A program made the position numbers and the translations under genes. Below, in pieces: positions 59,875 to 64,000 of a DNA stretch of 64,000 nt. The notes below the pieces were generated by a model that saw only the letters and a list, made by a program, of their open reading frames with translations, had not been told where the DNA came from and searched no databases. The DNA lies in IMG/VR virus record IMGVR_UViG_3300013132_000024. One strand, given 5' to 3'. The DNA is from an uncultured virus (IMG/VR IMGVR_UViG_3300013132_000024) (lineage: Duplodnaviria > Heunggongvirae > Uroviricota > Caudoviricetes). Each line of letters opens with the position of its first letter. Positions within the stretch are counted from its first letter, which is position 1.

Positions 59875-60204
59875 TTATTGTACTTTTGCATTTTCTATAT
59901 AAACTGGAATACATACTCTACTAGAGTCATTTTTATCGTATAAAGCTACAAAGAAAATTTTGTTTCCGTTTGCCCAAAAAGATACTGATACTTTAACATT
60001 ATCAAAATCGTTAGCAACTATTACTTGAAATTTTTCTTGTGAAACAAAAGATTTGAATGAATTTAAATCTAAACAAGGGATTTTGTATTCTTTTTCTGTA
60101 GTTTGTGCCAATGAAACATTACTAAAGCTCAAAGAATTTCTATGAAACAATGAAACATTACTAATGAAAAACAAACTAATTAAAGATAAAAGTAATTGTT
60201 TCAT
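59875..60204 (-). CDS. Putative secreted protein
   Basis: Signal-peptide-like N-terminus, two Cys. Confidence 0.55.
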   Translation of the reverse strand: MKQLLLSLISLFFISNVSLFHRNSLSFSNVSLAQTTEKEYKIPCLDLNSFKSFVSQEKFQVIVANDFDNVKVSVSFWANGNKIFFVALYDKNDSSRVCIPVYIENAKVQ

Positions 60205-60348
60205 TATCTGCCCTTTCTTAATGTAATAAGGCCGCCGTTTTGTTTAAGAAGACGTGGTCTCAGCCTGCTAGAATATAAACAGAATTACTAACGGCACCCC
60301 TATACTACTGTTATACTGACCTTTCTCTGTTACTATTCAGTATCTAAT

Positions 60349-60423
60349 TGGTGGACCCAAAGGGAATCGAACCCTTACTATCGGATTGCAAAACCGACGT
60401 GCTCCCATTATCACTATGAGCCC
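60349..60423 (-). tRNA. tRNA-Ala(UGC)
   Basis: Loop TTTGCAA, G3:U70, A-CCA. Confidence 0.92.
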
Positions 60424-60694
60424 ATATTAAACTTAACAACCTGACATATTATTCCTTATCTTCAGGAACAGGAATATCCTGAGGTTCTTCATTTACTTCT
60501 GTTTCATTAAGTACCTGTGGTTCTGATTTTGCTTCTTCTTTCACTTCTTTATCTTTTAATTGAGCAACATCAGATAAACCTTTCATAATCCCACTTAGCA
60601 AGCCACCCAAGGCTTCGCCAATTTCTTTTCCTAATTGCTTAACGCTTTCTGGAGAACCATCTACCATGTATTTACCCCTTAAAATTTAAGAATT

Positions 60695-60772
60695 TGGTGC
60701 GGCTGACGGGAATCGAACCCGCATTATCTTGATTGAAAGTCAAGTGTCCTAGTCCATTTAGACGACAACCGC
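60695..60772 (-). tRNA. tRNA-Glu(UUC)
   Basis: Loop CTTTCAA, CCA. Confidence 0.92.
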
Positions 60773-61131
60773 ATTAGTAATTATATCAAACACACACCAA
60801 ACGATATCTATGATAACTTCTGGTACATTAGGGAATGTACTTTTTGATTCCCGTATATATTCTTCATAATTATTAGTATTTTCTTTAATTTCTAATAATC
60901 TTATTGCAAGTTCTTTATGTTCCATGTTTATTTATTTCTACAAGTATATAATCATTAACTTGTTCTAATGTTTCATTAATAATTCTAATACCAAAATCTA
61001 GAGTTTTCTCATCTATATTTGGAAACTTTTTTATCATTATTTCTTTAATTATTTCTGTGTCGTCTATTTCTTTATGAGTAGAAACAAACAATTTTATAGT
61101 TTCATCAGTTATTAACATACAAACACCTTTA

Positions 61132-61209
61132 TGGCTCCCATCGTAGGGATCGAACCTACCTCATTCTCGGTTAACAGCCGAGCGCATTCACCATGATTGC
61201 TAGATGGGA
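61132..61209 (-). tRNA. tRNA-Asn(GUU)
   Basis: Loop CTGTTAA, G-CCA. Confidence 0.92.
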
Positions 61210-61216
61210 ATATTTC

Positions 61217-61441
61217 TTAATGACCTACTACTCTATAAGTAGAAGCTGCTGTATCAGTACTATTTAGTACATATTTGCGCTTATTCTTACCTATTCTAAT
61301 TAAATTAATTGGAAATCCTTCCTGGCGCAATATATATATTGGATTTCTAGGATTAGATAAATTATACCTAGATCTAATTTGCTTTGTAGATAAAGATCCA
61401 CCAGAAATCAATTCTTCTAATATCATATCAATTGTACTCAT
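61217..61441 (-). CDS. Small winged-HTH-like protein
   Basis: LSTKQIRSRYNL.NPR..IY.LRQEG pattern. Confidence 0.55.
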   Translation of the reverse strand: MSTIDMILEELISGGSLSTKQIRSRYNLSNPRNPIYILRQEGFPINLIRIGKNKRKYVLNSTDTAASTYRVVGH

Positions 61442-61732
61442 TATATCTCCTATAAATAATCTATTATATTTCCATACTCATCAATTGCTCTTACATGTTC
61501 AGCATTATACATACAAGAAACATTGTTCATCGCTTGAGAAATAGCCCAAGGATTATTTACTGGATAAGCAGCATCAGACCATCCACCCATCCGATTTCTA
61601 TATTGTACTATAACGTTTGCCGCCGGTTGATTGCTTGTAGGGTCAAAATTACAACCAGAATTATTCTGTTGAACTGGTCGTTGAAAAAGCCACCAAACCA
61701 TGGCAAACCTCCAAATTTACTTAGGTAGAGAT

Positions 61733-61761
61733 ATTATACCCCTACAATACCTGTAAGTAAA
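61733..61761 (-). promoter_or_regulatory. Early (sigma70-like) phage promoter
   Basis: AAAAGAAC-TTTACT-N17-TATAAT. Confidence 0.75.
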
Positions 61762-62349
61762 GTTCTTTTATTTCTTCTTTATACTAATTTCAATACTATC
61801 TATATTTTTATCTAGAATATTAAATACATTCATTTTTTGACGAATTTCGTATAATTTATCAGAAACCTCTTTAATAGTTTTTCTTACTACTTCGTCGTTT
61901 ATTCCATTTTCCAGATCTTGTAAGGCTGCTTCTAGATTAGAGTCTAGAGAATAATCTACATAGAATTCTGACCCTTTATTGTCTTGTTTTATTTCAGATT
62001 TAGGGAATAATGTATTTAAAACATACTCTAAATCTTCTTTATCTTTATTTTTAGAATTTGTTTTAAAAAATAAACTAAACATCTTTATAATCCAATTTAG
62101 TTTCTATATCAAATTTGCGTTCTTGTAAAGTCTTTTTTGATTTATATCCATGCCTAGGATTTCTACACATCATACAAGAGCAACATTTCATATGATCAGC
62201 AAATATTGCTGATCCATATATCTTTTTAGATTGTTTCTTCTTACGTTCTTTATTCTTACGTTTTTTAGAATGTTTATATTGGTTTATCACCTTATTTTCA
62301 ACAGGCGAATCTATGTAATCCGTATATTGTGTAAAATATTTTTTAAATT

Positions 62350-62751
62350 TCAATTTACCTTTTTTCTCCCAATATTATATTTTGCCTCAAGGACCCAATT
62401 AGTTTTTTCTTTAAAAGGCACTATTTTAATATGATTTAAAGAAGATATAGGAGATAAAGTTTTACCATCATTTACGATTTTAACTAATCCCCATTCTTGT
62501 AATAAATTTGCTATTGTATTTCTACGGCCTTTATCTTCTTCAGAAAACGTTGAAGTTTTACCATCTAACATAAACAATTCTTTAAAATGAACTATATAAT
62601 ATTTTCCTTGTTTATGTAATATATGACATGTTTGATATAATTTATTGTCCTTTTTAGAAGCTATACCTATCCTAGTCAATGTTTCTTTAATTTTAAGAAA
62701 ATCTTCTTCTTCAGCTATCTTCACTTCTACTAGTTTTTCGATTAGATTCAT
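62350..62751 (-). CDS. regA: Translational repressor RegA
   Basis: DFLKIKETLTRIGIAS...CHILHKQGKYYIVHFKELF. Confidence 0.95.
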   Translation of the reverse strand: MNLIEKLVEVKIAEEEDFLKIKETLTRIGIASKKDNKLYQTCHILHKQGKYYIVHFKELFMLDGKTSTFSEEDKGRRNTIANLLQEWGLVKIVNDGKTLSPISSLNHIKIVPFKEKTNWVLEAKYNIGRKKVN

Positions 62752-63139
62752 TTTTTACACCACCCTTTTCAGTTTTTTCTTTTATCATTTTTATTTGTTC
62801 CTTATTAAGGATAGAAAGAGCTTCTTTAGTTCTTTCGTCATTATATTTATAATATTCTTTCACTAACTGAAAATTTGGGGTTTCTGTTGTTTTCTTCTTT
62901 TTAAAGAACCTCTTCTTAGGTTTAACCATATAAAACAAAAAATCATATTGTAATTTATGATCTAAATGCGCATTCATATTCATTTCATTAACTATAAGAA
63001 TAGTATCTATATAGTTAGATAGAATATTATTGGTTCGCCAAGGAACATACTTATGTTCTATAGCATATACTTCAGTTTCTTCGTATTTCTTACTGAACGA
63101 AATAGAATTCTCGTATCTCCAATCGTATACTATTGTCAT
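62711..63139 (-). CDS. 62: Clamp loader small subunit (T4 gp62-like)
   Basis: LS.YIDTI..VNEMN...LQYDF; synteny 44-62-regA. Confidence 0.85.
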   Translation of the reverse strand: MTIVYDWRYENSISFSKKYEETEVYAIEHKYVPWRTNNILSNYIDTILIVNEMNMNAHLDHKLQYDFLFYMVKPKKRFFKKKKTTETPNFQLVKEYYKYNDERTKEALSILNKEQIKMIKEKTEKGGVKNESNRKTSRSEDS

Positions 63140-63276
63140 TCAATACATCTTTACAGGAAATTTAGAATATGCTCTGTCTTTAAGCATAATTATGTTTAAT
63201 TCTGACCACCAGAAATCTTTATGTACTAATTTTAAATCATTTATCAATTCAGGATTTAATTTAAATATTTCATTCA

Positions 63277-64000
63277 TTATAATTTACACTCTATCATACA
63301 TTCGGTCAAAAATGCCATAAAATTAATATCAGGATTCGCTGAAAACGCATTCTGATATTGATATTTCGCTATCAATAATACCAACATTGGTACTGATTGT
63401 TTTTCAAAATAATCGTATGCTATATCATAAAATTCTCGATATAAGCTATTGATATCAGTATCTAAATTAGCTGATACCCAATGTCTCATATCTGAGTAAT
63501 TTTTACCTTTCATAAGAACTATTAATTCTTTAATAGAAGCTTCCTGTAGATTGGCTAATATACCAGAATCTATATTACCAGTTGAAGAATATTTTTGAAG
63601 CTCGTTAAGAGTCCTTCTCCAATCAGGAAAATACTTCTCTAATACTTTAGCAACAACAGCTTTATCATATTCTATTTTTTCTATATTAAGAATATATTCT
63701 ACTCTTTTAAAGAACATAGAAGCTAATTTAGCCATATCTTTTTTTGAAATTTTAAAATCAACAACCGAACATCTAGAATGTAGAGGTTCAATAATTCTAT
63801 TTTTAAAATTACATGTAAGAATAAATCCACAATTCTTAGAAAATTCTTCCATGAAATTTCTAAGAGCTGGTTGAGTAGAATTTGGATTTAGATAATCTGC
63901 CTCGTCCAAAATTACATATTTTCTACCTCCAGATAAAGATATTGAAGAAGCGAACGTCAATATCTCATTTCTTAATGTATCTATATTACCGTTCATAGAA
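63277..64000 (-). CDS. 44: Clamp loader large subunit (T4 gp44-like), 5'-truncated by window
   Basis: ILDEADYL, QPALRNFMEEFS, LHSRC, FPDWRR. Confidence 0.93.
   Translation of the reverse strand, partial: SMNGNIDTLRNEILTFASSISLSGGRKYVILDEADYLNPNSTQPALRNFMEEFSKNCGFILTCNFKNRIIEPLHSRCSVVDFKISKKDMAKLASMFFKRVEYILNIEKIEYDKAVVAKVLEKYFPDWRRTLNELQKYSSTGNIDSGILANLQEASIKELIVLMKGKNYSDMRHWVSANLDTDINSLYREFYDIAYDYFEKQSVPMLVLLIAKYQYQNAFSANPDINFMAFLTECMIECKL

Overview
AT-rich 64 kb segment of a large T4-like myovirus genome. It carries T4 core replication genes (gp41, gp43, gp44, gp61, gp62, UvsX, RegA, RNase H), class II RNR, ThyX, DNA ligase and PhoH. It also has 28 tRNA genes covering all 20 amino acids (many atypical), a plus-strand heptose/methyltransferase/glycosyltransferase island, and conserved early and late promoter motifs. 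The standout feature is an RNA-protein module at 35.3-39.1 kb. Seven short ncRNA-like units share a covarying 7-bp terminal stem and an invariant CAGCA motif, and several carry tRNA D/T arms, one circularly permuted. They lie in one transcription unit with an RlmN-like radical SAM enzyme, a DUF2828/Ro60-like vWA protein and a DEDDh exoribonuclease. A second locus at 25.1-26.2 kb has two more circularly permuted, anticodon-less tRNA mimics behind an uncharacterised gene. All calls come from reading motifs by eye; no database searches were run.
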